Source of the DNA: Minisyncoccia bacterium
Lineage (GTDB): Bacteria > Patescibacteriota > Minisyncoccia > Phycocordibacterales > UBA9973
Reading direction: 5' to 3'
DNA: 64,000 nt
NCBI GenBank assembly: GCA_038244685.1
Contig: JBBRTD010000001.1
Span: 2,339 to 66,338, forward strand
The notes under the pieces are model-generated. The model ran no database searches and had not been told where the DNA came from. It was given only the letters and a program-made list of their open reading frames with translations. This document shows, one piece after another, positions 9,201 through 17,650 of the stretch. A program made the translations under genes and the position numbers. Position 1 is the stretch's first letter; each line of letters opens with the position of its first letter.

Positions 9201-10875
9201 AAAGCGATGAGATTTGACTATCTGAATCTTTTAAATTAAGTAAATCTCCACACGAAATAGCACTACTGTTGCCCATAGTAAAAAGATTCCAATTATAAAC
9301 TGAAGGTGAATAAGTTTTAGTATTTGTCGCGCCATTTGAATCGTTACAATTAACCAAAGTACTGATACCCTTTACGTTCACGTACCAAGTTCTAAGCGGC
9401 ACAACAATAGCATTAAGTCTAGAAGTAAAAGAAGTTTTGGCAGCTGAAGTTTGTAATAAATTACTATAGCCGCGAGCCACATCTATGTCTGATTTTCTTT
9501 TGCTTACTTCCGCAGCAGAAACAAGTGATTCAACCCGTGTAATATCATTCTTTGAATAAGAGTTTACACCCCAATCAATATTTATAAGTCCAGTTGTTTT
9601 ATTATCGGTATGAGAAGTAAAGTCAGTTCCATAATCTATACTAGAAATAGTCGCATCTGAATTAACAAGTAAAGATAGAGCATAGTTCCTTAAGCTAGCT
9701 GGCACATTGGTAACATCAAGACTAACCGTCAACTGATTGCCAACTAAGTTCTCCGTTATGACTGTATTTTGTTTTACCATCATGTAGTCATAAACTTCTT
9801 CAGCTCCAGCAACCCAAGCCTTATCATTTCCGAAACGTCCATAAGTATTCTCAACATGATCCATTAAACTTTTCCAGCTATTCCAAGTCATTCCACCATT
9901 CCAGTCAGGAGAATACGTACTTGTCGTTATTTGGTGAGTAAACTCTTGTGCCCAATATTTATTGGAACCTGTACTCATAGAAGCAAGCTGATCGACATGA
10001 TTATATAACCCACCAGGATACTCTCCAGTAGATAAATATCTGTATTCATTATCAAACCAACGTGGCATGACATGACGATTACTACTTATTGCATTACTGG
10101 CATTTGTAAATTCTGGAGCAACAGTAGTACTACCATCAAAAGTATATGTATTATCTTGAGCATATTCAGCATTAAAACCAAGATCAAAACCAGGCTGGAC
10201 ATAATTTTTATCACCATTCGGTAAAATAATTTGGGATACATTAAATGGAGTGGTAACTACTCCACTATTATTTTTTAAATTAAGATGAGAAGAAACATCC
10301 ACATTAAGTTGTGATAATTCGTATGAGTAATCAAGAGGTCCGACTGCGTGACCTCCAGGATCACCGCTGTAATATAATTTACCAGGATCATTAACGGGAA
10401 CTGTCGAAGAGGTGTAACCATGATTGAATATATCCCAGGCATTATCAATACTCTCTTGCAGCTGTGTCCATTTAACATAACTTGGAGTACTAACATGAAG
10501 ATCGCTATAACTAGAATTTCTACTATAAAAAGCATAACCTCCACGGAAAGGAACATTATTCCCTGTCCCATCAGTAAAATACAAACCACCAAAATACTGA
10601 CCCATATAATCAGAATAACCCCCATTCATATATTTGAATGCAGGATCATATCCAGCAGATAATCCATCGTCGAATGAATAACTGAAGGCAAAGTCTTTAT
10701 TATATTTTAAGCTTGATTTCGAAGCAGTAGCGGAAGTAGGAGTAGTATTAAAAGTTATAACTACTGTTTTAATATTACTCGCTTTTAAATTATGAAAAGG
10801 ATACCAAAATGTCGTTAGACAAAATAAAGCAAATACGATATATGAAGCCTTTTTCAATAATTTTATTTTAAACAT
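6220..10875 (-). CDS. Large secreted surface protein: polysaccharide-deacetylase-like domain, beta-sandwich domain, 2 putative-Ig (He_PIG-like) repeats, about 6 chitobiase-C/Fn3-associated-like repeats, C-terminal peptidoglycan-binding-type domain
   Basis: Signal peptide; SFDDG and WDIFNHG (NodB-like); YSISPSLPxGLS...TGxISGTPT x2; 82-aa repeats (PGxYNS.QSV...YxGPI.IS...IYVRACD); tail LKFGIKNNDVKILQLFL...YFGKLTKLALSEWQ...GYFGSISRAKI. Confidence 0.75.
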   Translation of the reverse strand: MFKIKLLKKASYIVFALFCLTTFWYPFHNLKASNIKTVVITFNTTPTSATASKSSLKYNKDFAFSYSFDDGLSAGYDPAFKYMNGGYSDYMGQYFGGLYFTDGTGNNVPFRGGYAFYSRNSSYSDLHVSTPSYVKWTQLQESIDNAWDIFNHGYTSSTVPVNDPGKLYYSGDPGGHAVGPLDYSYELSQLNVDVSSHLNLKNNSGVVTTPFNVSQIILPNGDKNYVQPGFDLGFNAEYAQDNTYTFDGSTTVAPEFTNASNAISSNRHVMPRWFDNEYRYLSTGEYPGGLYNHVDQLASMSTGSNKYWAQEFTHQITTSTYSPDWNGGMTWNSWKSLMDHVENTYGRFGNDKAWVAGAEEVYDYMMVKQNTVITENLVGNQLTVSLDVTNVPASLRNYALSLLVNSDATISSIDYGTDFTSHTDNKTTGLINIDWGVNSYSKNDITRVESLVSAAEVSKRKSDIDVARGYSNLLQTSAAKTSFTSRLNAIVVPLRTWYVNVKGISTLVNCNDSNGATNTKTYSPSVYNWNLFTMGNSSAISCGDLLNLKDSDSQISSLSLSNTAPFKSGGLNGYTSGNNTGLYPDTVINENVQIYSSTTTPAKFKIYGLESMKTYNIKLFGSTSAVGATGNSAITLYTIGGQTKELIVKTNLTNTVEFLDVLPVSGEIEVTVAPKVAAWGYGFLNAFEIKENLLAAPSSLSYNSPNIYTKNNTITPLSPTVTGQGITYSISPSLPSGLSFNTSTGVISGTPTEIISSSNHTVTALNTGGSVNFGINISVNDVAPSSLSYNTPNLYTRGTIITPLSPTVTGQGITYSISPSLPAGLSLDEITGIISGTPTSINSLSTYTVTAQNTGGIITFGIEITVSDISIITPQALPLPGLYNSPQSVSISSTGSDYIKYATDAIPATCSLGTLYSGPINISSSQTIYARACNSVGNSSTSSFEYIIDTVSPEIPISSFTSGSYNTALSVSLSSIDSNYIKYSNASMPATCSLGTLYSGPVPVSSSSTLYVRACDDAGNSSTVSFAYVIDMVPPETPLSSVTPGIYNSVQSASLSSIGSDYIRYGLASMPATCSLGTLYSGSISISSSSTLYVRACDTAGNSTTSSFIYTIDTTEPLTPIASPLSGTFNSNQSISISASGSDSIRYDTSSMPADCSAGSLYSGPINISSSQTIYVRSCDVANNSSTSSFVYVIDTVSPSTPVSSVLPGIYNSNQSISLSSEGSSYIKYGTSIMPNDCSLGLNYSGEILMSSPGGTVYVRACDDAGNSSTASFIYNIDTTPPEIPLSSLTPKTYYSSQSVVLSSVGSNYIRYAIDATPSSCSSGILYAGAIAVSDSQTIYVRACDDAGNSSIASFAYIISAGGSGEVITTTYMKYSTVSMPVDCLDGTLYTQALSFTPAQKIYIRVCNSLNDSSISTFEYITPGSIGNTSGGGSSSGYRPPVVVSPVVPIAIISPVINPVEIKTTSNVEIIKVTKDLKFGIKNNDVKILQLFLIKENEGPNSRKLSLNGATNYFGKLTKLALSEWQKANKVYPSAGYFGSISRAKIKLLNL
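8411..8736. repeat. Exact 65-bp direct repeat (8411-8475 = 8672-8736) inside the two Ig-like repeats
   Basis: ggtaaactaggagatatagaataagtaattccctgtcctgttactgttggagaaagaggagtaat occurs twice, 261 bp apart. Confidence 0.9.
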
Positions 10876-10958
10876 TTTATGTTAAATATCTTTAGTAACA
10901 ATCTTTTCATTGTAACACAAATAAAAAAACCACCCACCTTGACGGATGAATGGTTTTA

Positions 10959-11138
10959 TTAGTTTGATCCGACGTAAACAGTGTCGGGCTCAATTTGAAG
11001 GAAGAATAGAACCATCTTTGGTTTAAGATTTATAAAAATCCTAACTTCACCAAAAATTTTTTCATCAAGAAAGTCTTCTGTCTTATTTTGACTTTTCATT
11101 TCTTGATATTTATTTTTCACTAATTCTTCGTTTATCAT
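10959..11138 (-). CDS. Small hypothetical protein, 59 aa
   Basis: ATG at 11138; TTGACT-17-TATTAT promoter at 11162-11190; imperfect hairpin with U-tract at about 10923-10957. Confidence 0.55.
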   Translation of the reverse strand: MINEELVKNKYQEMKSQNKTEDFLDEKIFGEVRIFINLKPKMVLFFLQIEPDTVYVGSN

Positions 11139-11192
11139 TTTTCCAATTTTAATTCTCTTATATAATACCATTAATTTAAGATAAAGTCAATA

Positions 11193-11876
11193 CTACTCGG
11201 TCATAAACTTTTTTAACTCAGCTTTAATATTTTTAACCATTTTAAGATCATCCTTAAAATAGCCATTAACTAAAGTATAATTCCCTGCTTTCTCATTATA
11301 CATACTAACACTTTCTTCATATGTGAAGTCACTACCTGTTCCTTCCGTCGCTGTCCCAAAATCAATTATAACCGATAAGCCTTCACTATCTATCATAACA
11401 TTACCTTCGTGCAAATCTCTATGATAAATACCACCATTATGCATTTTAGCAATCTGATCATCTAAAGATTTACAAAAAGTTCGATAATTAAATTTCTTTG
11501 GAAGTAATTCATTGTTTTTTGATATGTCTCTGACACTATATCCATTTATTCTCTCCATAACAAGGTACTCACCTTCTTCTGTCTTTAAAGAAATTAAAGT
11601 GAGCGGTGTATTAACACCTAACTTCCTTACCTTCATTTGGTATTCATGCTCTTTATCCATATCATTATAGATAATTTGTGGCTTTTCTTTAAGTTTCTTA
11701 AAACAAATTTTTTCAAATGGAGTTCCTTCTGCTACGTAGACATCAGCATTCCCACCCTCTCCAATTGAGACAAATTTTGTTTCAAGGTTTTCTCGAATAC
11801 ACTCTCCTAATTCATAGGTTTCCTTTGTATCGATTATTTTCTCTATTGTTTTTATGTGAAAATTTCTATTTTCCAT
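11193..11876 (-). CDS. Minimal protein-kinase-like protein (RIO/Bud32/Kdo-like or short Hanks-type)
   Basis: IGEGGNADVY Gly-loop, LVMERI, YHRDLHEGNVMI, IIDFG. Confidence 0.8.
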   Translation of the reverse strand: MENRNFHIKTIEKIIDTKETYELGECIRENLETKFVSIGEGGNADVYVAEGTPFEKICFKKLKEKPQIIYNDMDKEHEYQMKVRKLGVNTPLTLISLKTEEGEYLVMERINGYSVRDISKNNELLPKKFNYRTFCKSLDDQIAKMHNGGIYHRDLHEGNVMIDSEGLSVIIDFGTATEGTGSDFTYEESVSMYNEKAGNYTLVNGYFKDDLKMVKNIKAELKKFMTE

Positions 11877-11892
11877 ATTGTGATAATAACAC

Positions 11893-12783
11893 TTATCTAT
11901 TAAGAGAACTAACCTTAATAAGGCTTAATTTAAAAGTTAATTGTTTTATAAAATGAACAATAGCAATTGCTCCAAGAACAAGTGGTGTCCAACCAATGAA
12001 AACAGATAGCGGTATATGAAAAATACTTATATAAGAAAATGGAACCTTTAGATATTTCCATTCTCCTCCAAATAAATTAATTATTTCTGTAAAGCCTGCT
12101 CCGAGTATTATCGTTGCAAAAATAGCTATCATGTGAGGAAGGTTGAAATGAATTATTTTTATGAAAGTTGGATGGCCACCTAAGACGCCTGTTAATCCAT
12201 CCGAAACAACAATCATTCCAATAAATGGGAAGATCATAAAGTATTCTATAAAAGAAGAAGTATTCAAGATGAAAGTATAAAGAGGTATAAACATAAAAAT
12301 AATACCAACCACTACAATTTTCCAATATGTGTTCGTGGATATCTTATCTTCAAAATTATACTTTTTATCTTTTATAATAAACTTAGATACAATACTTCTT
12401 ACAACGCGGAATAATTCATACATTCCTAATACATATGAAATATTCATGAATAGATACATTCTTATAAAATGAATAGTTTGATAGTCTGTCCATTGCCACA
12501 TACCAGACAAGCGAACTCCGTATACATAATCAACTAGAAAACAGAAAATAGAAGAGACAATAAAAAACATAATAAAAATCTTGCGGTGTTCATGGTTGTA
12601 AAAATAAGCGAGAATGGACTTCTTCGTGAGCTTCCAGTCTATGAAATCCAATATTAAAAAACCACCAAAGGCAAAAGCTGTATAAAAATGTGGATAATGA
12701 AAAAAGATAGCTGACACCACGGCCGGAACCCAGAAAATAAGACCTGTAATCAATGAGAGATAGTGAAGTTTTTTATTATGCAT
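11893..12783 (-). CDS. Multi-pass membrane protein of unknown function
   Basis: About 8 hydrophobic segments; WQW and WKY..VP loops. Confidence 0.7.
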   Translation of the reverse strand: MHNKKLHYLSLITGLIFWVPAVVSAIFFHYPHFYTAFAFGGFLILDFIDWKLTKKSILAYFYNHEHRKIFIMFFIVSSIFCFLVDYVYGVRLSGMWQWTDYQTIHFIRMYLFMNISYVLGMYELFRVVRSIVSKFIIKDKKYNFEDKISTNTYWKIVVVGIIFMFIPLYTFILNTSSFIEYFMIFPFIGMIVVSDGLTGVLGGHPTFIKIIHFNLPHMIAIFATIILGAGFTEIINLFGGEWKYLKVPFSYISIFHIPLSVFIGWTPLVLGAIAIVHFIKQLTFKLSLIKVSSLNR

Positions 12784-12802
12784 AATTTATAATATAGATT
12801 AA

Positions 12803-14275
12803 TTATTTATCTAAATCAAGATTTTCATCTATGCGAATTTGGGCCACGAAATCAGGAATATGAGAAACAAGAATCATTGCTCCTTGATAATCATTCAAGG
12901 CTTTTGCAATAACTGGCAAATGACGGAAATTTATATGGTTTGTAGGCTCATCTAAAATGAGAAGCCCAGGGCGAGTTAAAACAAGCTTGGCAAAAGCTAC
13001 AAGACCCTTCTGCCCTTCTGAAAGACTACCAATTCTAGTATGTATCATATCTCCCACAATAAGAAATCCTGCTGCTGTCGCACGGATACTCTCTTCGTGA
13101 ACTCTTCCGCTTACCTTTCTTGTTGTTTCAGCTAAAGATTCAAAAACAGTATGATTAAAATCAAGAGTCGAAAAATCTTGGCGATAGTAACCAACACGAA
13201 CATCAGGAGAAATAATAGCTCCTTCTTCTTTACGACTAGAAATTAATTCAAGTAATGTACTTTTCCCTATTCCGTTTGGACCAGACAAAAGAAGGTGTTT
13301 ATTCTTTCTTAATTTTATACTGACTTTTAGCTTTTTAATTTTTTGATCTTTAAAGATTGAAACAGAAGAGAAAGTTACAATGTCCCCTAATATATCCTCT
13401 TGGGCAGGAATGACAAAAGGACGAATCGTTTTATCCTCTTTTCTAACATCAACTTTTTCCTCTTCTAATGTTTCAGCTAGTTCGCGCATACGTTTTGCTA
13501 CAGCACGCAAATTTCCTCCTTTCATTGCAAAGGCATTAGCTTGATCTTTCTTAGCTTGAATCTCTTTTGACAACATTGCATTCTTGCGATTTTCACGCTC
13601 CATTCGAGCTGTAATTTGATCTCTTACATCTGTATAGTTACCAACATATTGCTCAATTTTACGTGTAAAAATATCCAAGTAAAGAACTGCATCTGTAAAT
13701 GAATTCAAAAAGTGAGCATCATGAGAAATAACAATAACTGTCTTTTTGTATTTTACAAGGAAGTCAGTTAGATAAGCGATGCCTGCTTTATCAAGATTAT
13801 TTGTTGGTTCATCTAAGAGTAATATATCTGGCTCTTGAATTAAAGCAGAGGCAAGCAAAAGTCGAGCTTGCTGCCCTCCTGAGAAAGAGCGCACAATTCT
13901 TTCGTGTACTTTTGCATGACCTTTTAAATTTACGATAGTAAGAACGTCATCAATTCGAGGATCAATATCATATACTTTTTCTGAGAAACACTTCTCGAAA
14001 AATTCCCGAACAGTTAAATCAAGTTCATCTCGAGGTATCACCTGACGAGACAAAGCAATAGTAGTTCTCTGCGCTAAGTTGATTTTACCTTCTTCTGGAA
14101 GTCTTTCTCCTGTTATTAGTGAAAATAGTGTACTTTTCCCTGCCCCATTCTGTCCCATAATTGTAACTTTCATTCCACGGCGCACAGAAAAATCAACATT
14201 GTCTAATATTGTTTTATTGTGCCCATATTCAAAAGAAACTTTTTCAAAACGTATTACTACTTCTCCGTGAGCCAT
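12803..14275 (-). CDS. ABC-F family ATPase
   Basis: Two NBDs (GQNGAGKS/FSGGQ/LDEPTN and GPNGIGKS/LSEGQ/LDEPTNH); no TM segments. Confidence 0.93.
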   Translation of the reverse strand: MAHGEVVIRFEKVSFEYGHNKTILDNVDFSVRRGMKVTIMGQNGAGKSTLFSLITGERLPEEGKINLAQRTTIALSRQVIPRDELDLTVREFFEKCFSEKVYDIDPRIDDVLTIVNLKGHAKVHERIVRSFSGGQQARLLLASALIQEPDILLLDEPTNNLDKAGIAYLTDFLVKYKKTVIVISHDAHFLNSFTDAVLYLDIFTRKIEQYVGNYTDVRDQITARMERENRKNAMLSKEIQAKKDQANAFAMKGGNLRAVAKRMRELAETLEEEKVDVRKEDKTIRPFVIPAQEDILGDIVTFSSVSIFKDQKIKKLKVSIKLRKNKHLLLSGPNGIGKSTLLELISSRKEEGAIISPDVRVGYYRQDFSTLDFNHTVFESLAETTRKVSGRVHEESIRATAAGFLIVGDMIHTRIGSLSEGQKGLVAFAKLVLTRPGLLILDEPTNHINFRHLPVIAKALNDYQGAMILVSHIPDFVAQIRIDENLDLDK

Positions 14276-14321
14276 ATAGTTTATTACTTTACATCATTTT
14301 AGATTAAATAGAAAGGAAAAC

Positions 14322-14900
14322 TTATTTAAGTCTTAAAGTATTCTCTTTAAGACTATTCCTAACTTCTTTATAGTCAGGCATTGAAAGAGATACTAACTCC
14401 CAAAATTTATGAGAATGATTGAACTCGCCCAAGTGGCATAACTCATGAATGATAATATAATCGGCAGATTTAGTAGGAAGTAAGGCAATTTTATAGTTAA
14501 AATTTAGATTACCCTTTCTCGAGCAACTTCCCCAACGAGTTTTTTGATTTTTAATAAAAATCTTATTCCACTTATGATTATAAAATTTATTAAAATAGTC
14601 TATTCTATCCTCTACTATCTTAAGAGCCTCATCTTTATATTTTAAATAATCATCTCTCTCTTCTTTTCTGGTCTTAAAAACAACTCCTTTAAAATTTAAG
14701 AAATACTCAATTTTACTTATAAGCCAAGCTGACTTTTGAATTAGAAATCTTTCGATAATAGACTGAGGTACTCCTCTTGGGGTTGTAACAATACAACGTC
14801 CATCGTGGTGGACAGATAATCTCATATACTTTGCGCGTCTACTCACCTTTAAAGTGTAATCAATATTCCCCTTATCAAGTTTTATTGACCTCTCAATCAT
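14322..14900 (-). CDS. YgjP/DUF45 (M48-like) zinc metalloprotein
   Basis: QKTRWGSCS, DYIIIHELCHL..NHSHKFW. Confidence 0.9.
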   Translation of the reverse strand: MIERSIKLDKGNIDYTLKVSRRAKYMRLSVHHDGRCIVTTPRGVPQSIIERFLIQKSAWLISKIEYFLNFKGVVFKTRKEERDDYLKYKDEALKIVEDRIDYFNKFYNHKWNKIFIKNQKTRWGSCSRKGNLNFNYKIALLPTKSADYIIIHELCHLGEFNHSHKFWELVSLSMPDYKEVRNSLKENTLRLK

Positions 14901-15235
14901 TATTTAGTATCTAGAATCTTAACCGATCTACTGATAACAACAAAACCATAAGCCCAAAGAAATGGCAACCAAATAGGCATCAAACCAAAAAGTGTATTTC
15001 TAGTAAATGTCTCTACTCCTGTGCTTATAAATATACTTTCACTGATTATCATTGAAAAGAAACCAAATATAAATATAATAATTTCATTTTTAGTAGCCTT
15101 AATTAGCCTTAAAAAATAAATAATAATTACTACATAGAAAAAAGTAAGAATGTAATCATTTTTAATAATAGGTATTAAGGCAATCATTATTAATACAGGT
15201 ATAGTATTTGAAAATATTTTTTTTGCTTTATTCAT
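14900..15235 (-). CDS. Small membrane protein (DUF2878-like)
   Basis: 3-4 TM; E..FI..G and PIWLPFLWAYG motifs. Confidence 0.6.
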   Translation of the reverse strand: MNKAKKIFSNTIPVLIMIALIPIIKNDYILTFFYVVIIIYFLRLIKATKNEIIIFIFGFFSMIISESIFISTGVETFTRNTLFGLMPIWLPFLWAYGFVVISRSVKILDTK

Positions 15236-15243
15236 ATCTAAAA

Positions 15244-15837
15244 TTATAGCATATTTGAAACCTTTCTATTTCCAGATAAGATAACAATTAGTAAAATTAG
15301 GGTGTCAAAAATAAATAAATATAATGGGTACAAGAATTCTGTTATGACGTAGCTTCCTACAGCAAATAAACTCAATAGTCCTGCTATGGAACATGAAAGC
15401 CAAGCTAAATATGTCTCTGATTTTGGATTTTTATAAGCTTTAATAATAGTTGGAATACCAAAGAATAAGTCAGCAAATACTGCACATAAAATAGCGATAA
15501 TCGGTAAATTGAATGTTTGCCAGAGAATAATACCCAATATACCTAAACCAAAAAATATATAATCATAAATAGTTGTAGACCAAATTCCAACTTTTTTATA
15601 AATTGAATAAAAAACAACAATCAGGCAAGACAAACTATTGGCAAATAATATTACAACTGACCAGCTAAAACCGGAAGCTATCATAGCAATAGCTCCAGTA
15701 AAAGTTATAAATGACCATCCGAGCCAAGAAAGATTATGCGGGTATATTTCTTTTTTGTGAATCTCAAGAAAATACGGAATTAAACCCGCAAAAGTAAAAA
15801 AAGCAGATAATATTCCAAATGTTGCCTTAAGTTCCAT
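15244..15837 (-). CDS. Multi-pass membrane protein (PQ-loop-like repeats)
   Basis: IPYFLEI...P...SWLGW and IPTIIKAYKNPKSET..AW internal repeat. Start chosen at 15837; TGtTAGAAT lies 8 nt upstream. Confidence 0.6.
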   Translation of the reverse strand: MELKATFGILSAFFTFAGLIPYFLEIHKKEIYPHNLSWLGWSFITFTGAIAMIASGFSWSVVILFANSLSCLIVVFYSIYKKVGIWSTTIYDYIFFGLGILGIILWQTFNLPIIAILCAVFADLFFGIPTIIKAYKNPKSETYLAWLSCSIAGLLSLFAVGSYVITEFLYPLYLFIFDTLILLIVILSGNRKVSNML

Positions 15838-15853
15838 ATAAAAATATTCTAAC

Positions 15854-15908
15854 ATAAACAAAAAAGATGTTGTACATCCTTTAGAATGACAACATCTTTT
15901 TTGTTTAT
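15854..15908. repeat. REP-like hairpin/terminator with GATGT-NNN-ACATC core
   Basis: ataaacaaaaaagatgttgt...acaacatcttttttgtttat; core shared with 32604-32652. Confidence 0.75.
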
Positions 15909-15920
15909 AATTTAATTAAA

Positions 15921-16493
15921 TTACTTTTTCTTTGCTACTACCTTCTTTACTTCTACCTTTTTAGCAGGAGCTTTTGCGGCAATAACTTTCTTGATAGCGG
16001 CCTTAGCAACTGGAGCTTTTTTAACTTCTACCTTAGCTACAACTGGAGCTACCTTAAGAGCTGGTGTTGATACTACCTTAGGTTGTGAAAGCTTTTCGAT
16101 TGCGTTTATTAAACGATCAAGTTTACTGTTCATTTCTCCTAACTGCTTCTTTGTATCATCTGATATTGTTGGTCCTACTGATACTGGTTTTGCAAATGAA
16201 GATTGTGCAGGTCTGTCATTAAAATCTCTTTTTGGAGCACGGTCGTTAAATTCACGACGTGGAGCTTCATTGCCTCTTTTATCTCCAAAACATTCACTAC
16301 AGTATATTGGTTTATCACCTGATGGACGGAAAGGAACTTCACAATTCTTGTGACATTCATCACAAACAGCCTTATGCATTGTAACTGGACCTCTATCACC
16401 ACCTCTATTACCTCCAAAACTTGGACGACCGCCGCCGCCATTTCCTCCTCTAAAACCTCCCCCTCTATTACCTCCTCCTTGAAAATTTCCCAT
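15921..16493 (-). CDS. CxxC-x17-CxxC zinc-ribbon protein with RGG-rich head and Lys/Ala-rich tail
   Basis: MHKAVCDECHKNCEVPFRPSGDKPIYCSECF; N-terminal GGNRGGGFRGG; C-terminal KKAPVAKAAIKK... Confidence 0.85.
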   Translation of the reverse strand: MGNFQGGGNRGGGFRGGNGGGGRPSFGGNRGGDRGPVTMHKAVCDECHKNCEVPFRPSGDKPIYCSECFGDKRGNEAPRREFNDRAPKRDFNDRPAQSSFAKPVSVGPTISDDTKKQLGEMNSKLDRLINAIEKLSQPKVVSTPALKVAPVVAKVEVKKAPVAKAAIKKVIAAKAPAKKVEVKKVVAKKK

Positions 16494-16548
16494 AAAATTA
16501 TATTTATTACCTGACCTATACTAGACAAGTGATTATTATTATGTAGCA

Positions 16549-16577
16549 ATACTATCCTTTTTGTGCTTAAAATGCAA
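16549..16577 (-). promoter_or_regulatory. sigma70 promoter of the CxxC protein gene
   Basis: TTGCAT-17-TAGTAT. Confidence 0.6.
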
Positions 16578-16582
16578 GAGCT

Positions 16583-16622
16583 AAAACAAAAAAATCCCTT
16601 AGACTTTCGCCATAAGGGATTT
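16583..16622 (-). terminator. Intrinsic terminator after the 37-aa ORF
   Basis: aaatccctta...taagggattt stem followed by a U-tract on the minus strand. Confidence 0.7.
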
Positions 16623-16638
16623 CCGCGTAAAAATATTA

Positions 16639-16752
16639 TTAGATAACCATTGGTTCATCTGCTGGTACTTCTACTACTGGAACTTCATCTGTAGGAACAG
16701 GTTCTTCAAAAGTTATTCCTTCTGATTCTTCTACTTTTATTTCTTCGTCCAT
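16639..16752 (-). CDS. Unannotated 37-aa acidic protein
   Basis: MDEEIKVEESEGITFEEPVPTDEVPVVEVPADEPMVI*, with a promoter upstream and a terminator downstream. Confidence 0.65.
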   Translation of the reverse strand: MDEEIKVEESEGITFEEPVPTDEVPVVEVPADEPMVI

Positions 16753-16795
16753 AAAAAATATTTATTAAAATTAAATTACAATAAAATACTCTCCT

Positions 16796-16824
16796 AGCAT
16801 ACTATACATAGCACGTACGTGCAA
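16796..16824 (-). promoter_or_regulatory. sigma70 promoter with overlapping 12-bp palindrome
   Basis: TTGCAC-17-TATGCT; GCACGTACGTGC at 16811-16822. Confidence 0.6.
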
Positions 16825-16848
16825 ATTTAATGTAAGACACGAAAAATA

Positions 16849-17097
16849 TTATTCATATTTTTCTATTAAAGATAATTTTTCTTTCCTATCCATTCTTTTA
16901 ATAACACACTCTCTTGCTCTAGCTTCTTTTAAGGTTTTAAAATTTTCCGAATATTTTAAAATTACAGGACGTCGAATCTTTGTATAATGTGCCCCGTTTT
17001 TTAAATTGTTGTGTTGATGTAACCTTTTCTCTAAATCATTCGTTGAACCAACGTAAAGAGTTTTATCGGAACACTCAAGGATATAAGTGTAATTCAT
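16849..17097 (-). CDS. GIY-YIG nuclease (UPF0213/YhbQ-like)
   Basis: YTYILECSDKTLYVGSTNDLEKRLHQHN..GAHYT..RRPV. Confidence 0.92.
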   Translation of the reverse strand: MNYTYILECSDKTLYVGSTNDLEKRLHQHNNLKNGAHYTKIRRPVILKYSENFKTLKEARARECVIKRMDRKEKLSLIEKYE

Positions 17098-17519
17098 TGC
17101 AAATTATTTAATTCTTCTAAAAGTTTACTTATTTCCTCTTCCGTCATAACTATTCTCTCTTCCCCTTTATGATCAAGGTCTCCGATCATGGACACCGGTA
17201 TTATATGATAGTGTAAATGTTTTATGCTTTTACTATTATTTGATCCATTTCTTAATAAAATACTGTAGTCTTTGTAACCAAGAGATTTAATTAAACCAAC
17301 TCCAATATTTAAAAGATTATTGATCGCTTCAGTCTCTTCTTTTTCTAATTCTTCAAAATTTTCAATATGACGCTTAGTAACGACCAGCAAATGATGCTTG
17401 TGGTAAGGAGCAATTGAATATGTTAAATAAGCTTTTTCGTTTTCATTAATTGTCCGATTAAATCTAGGATCACAAAAAGGACAAACAGCTTGGGTCTTTA
17501 AAAATTCAGTGTAATTCAT
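17094..17519 (-). CDS. HIT family hydrolase
   Basis: CPFC, PY..HHLLVVTKRH and the HLHYHII triad. Confidence 0.9.
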   Translation of the reverse strand: MNYTEFLKTQAVCPFCDPRFNRTINENEKAYLTYSIAPYHKHHLLVVTKRHIENFEELEKEETEAINNLLNIGVGLIKSLGYKDYSILLRNGSNNSKSIKHLHYHIIPVSMIGDLDHKGEERIVMTEEEISKLLEELNNLQ

Positions 17520-17650
17520 CCGTCTATTATATCAAAATAGCAATTAAAAACACCATTAGAGAAATTAAGTTTAAAAACTTATCAAATTTGAAATATATGA
17601 AACTAAGTTTATAATACAATTATAGATTAATAATAATTAATATAATAAAT

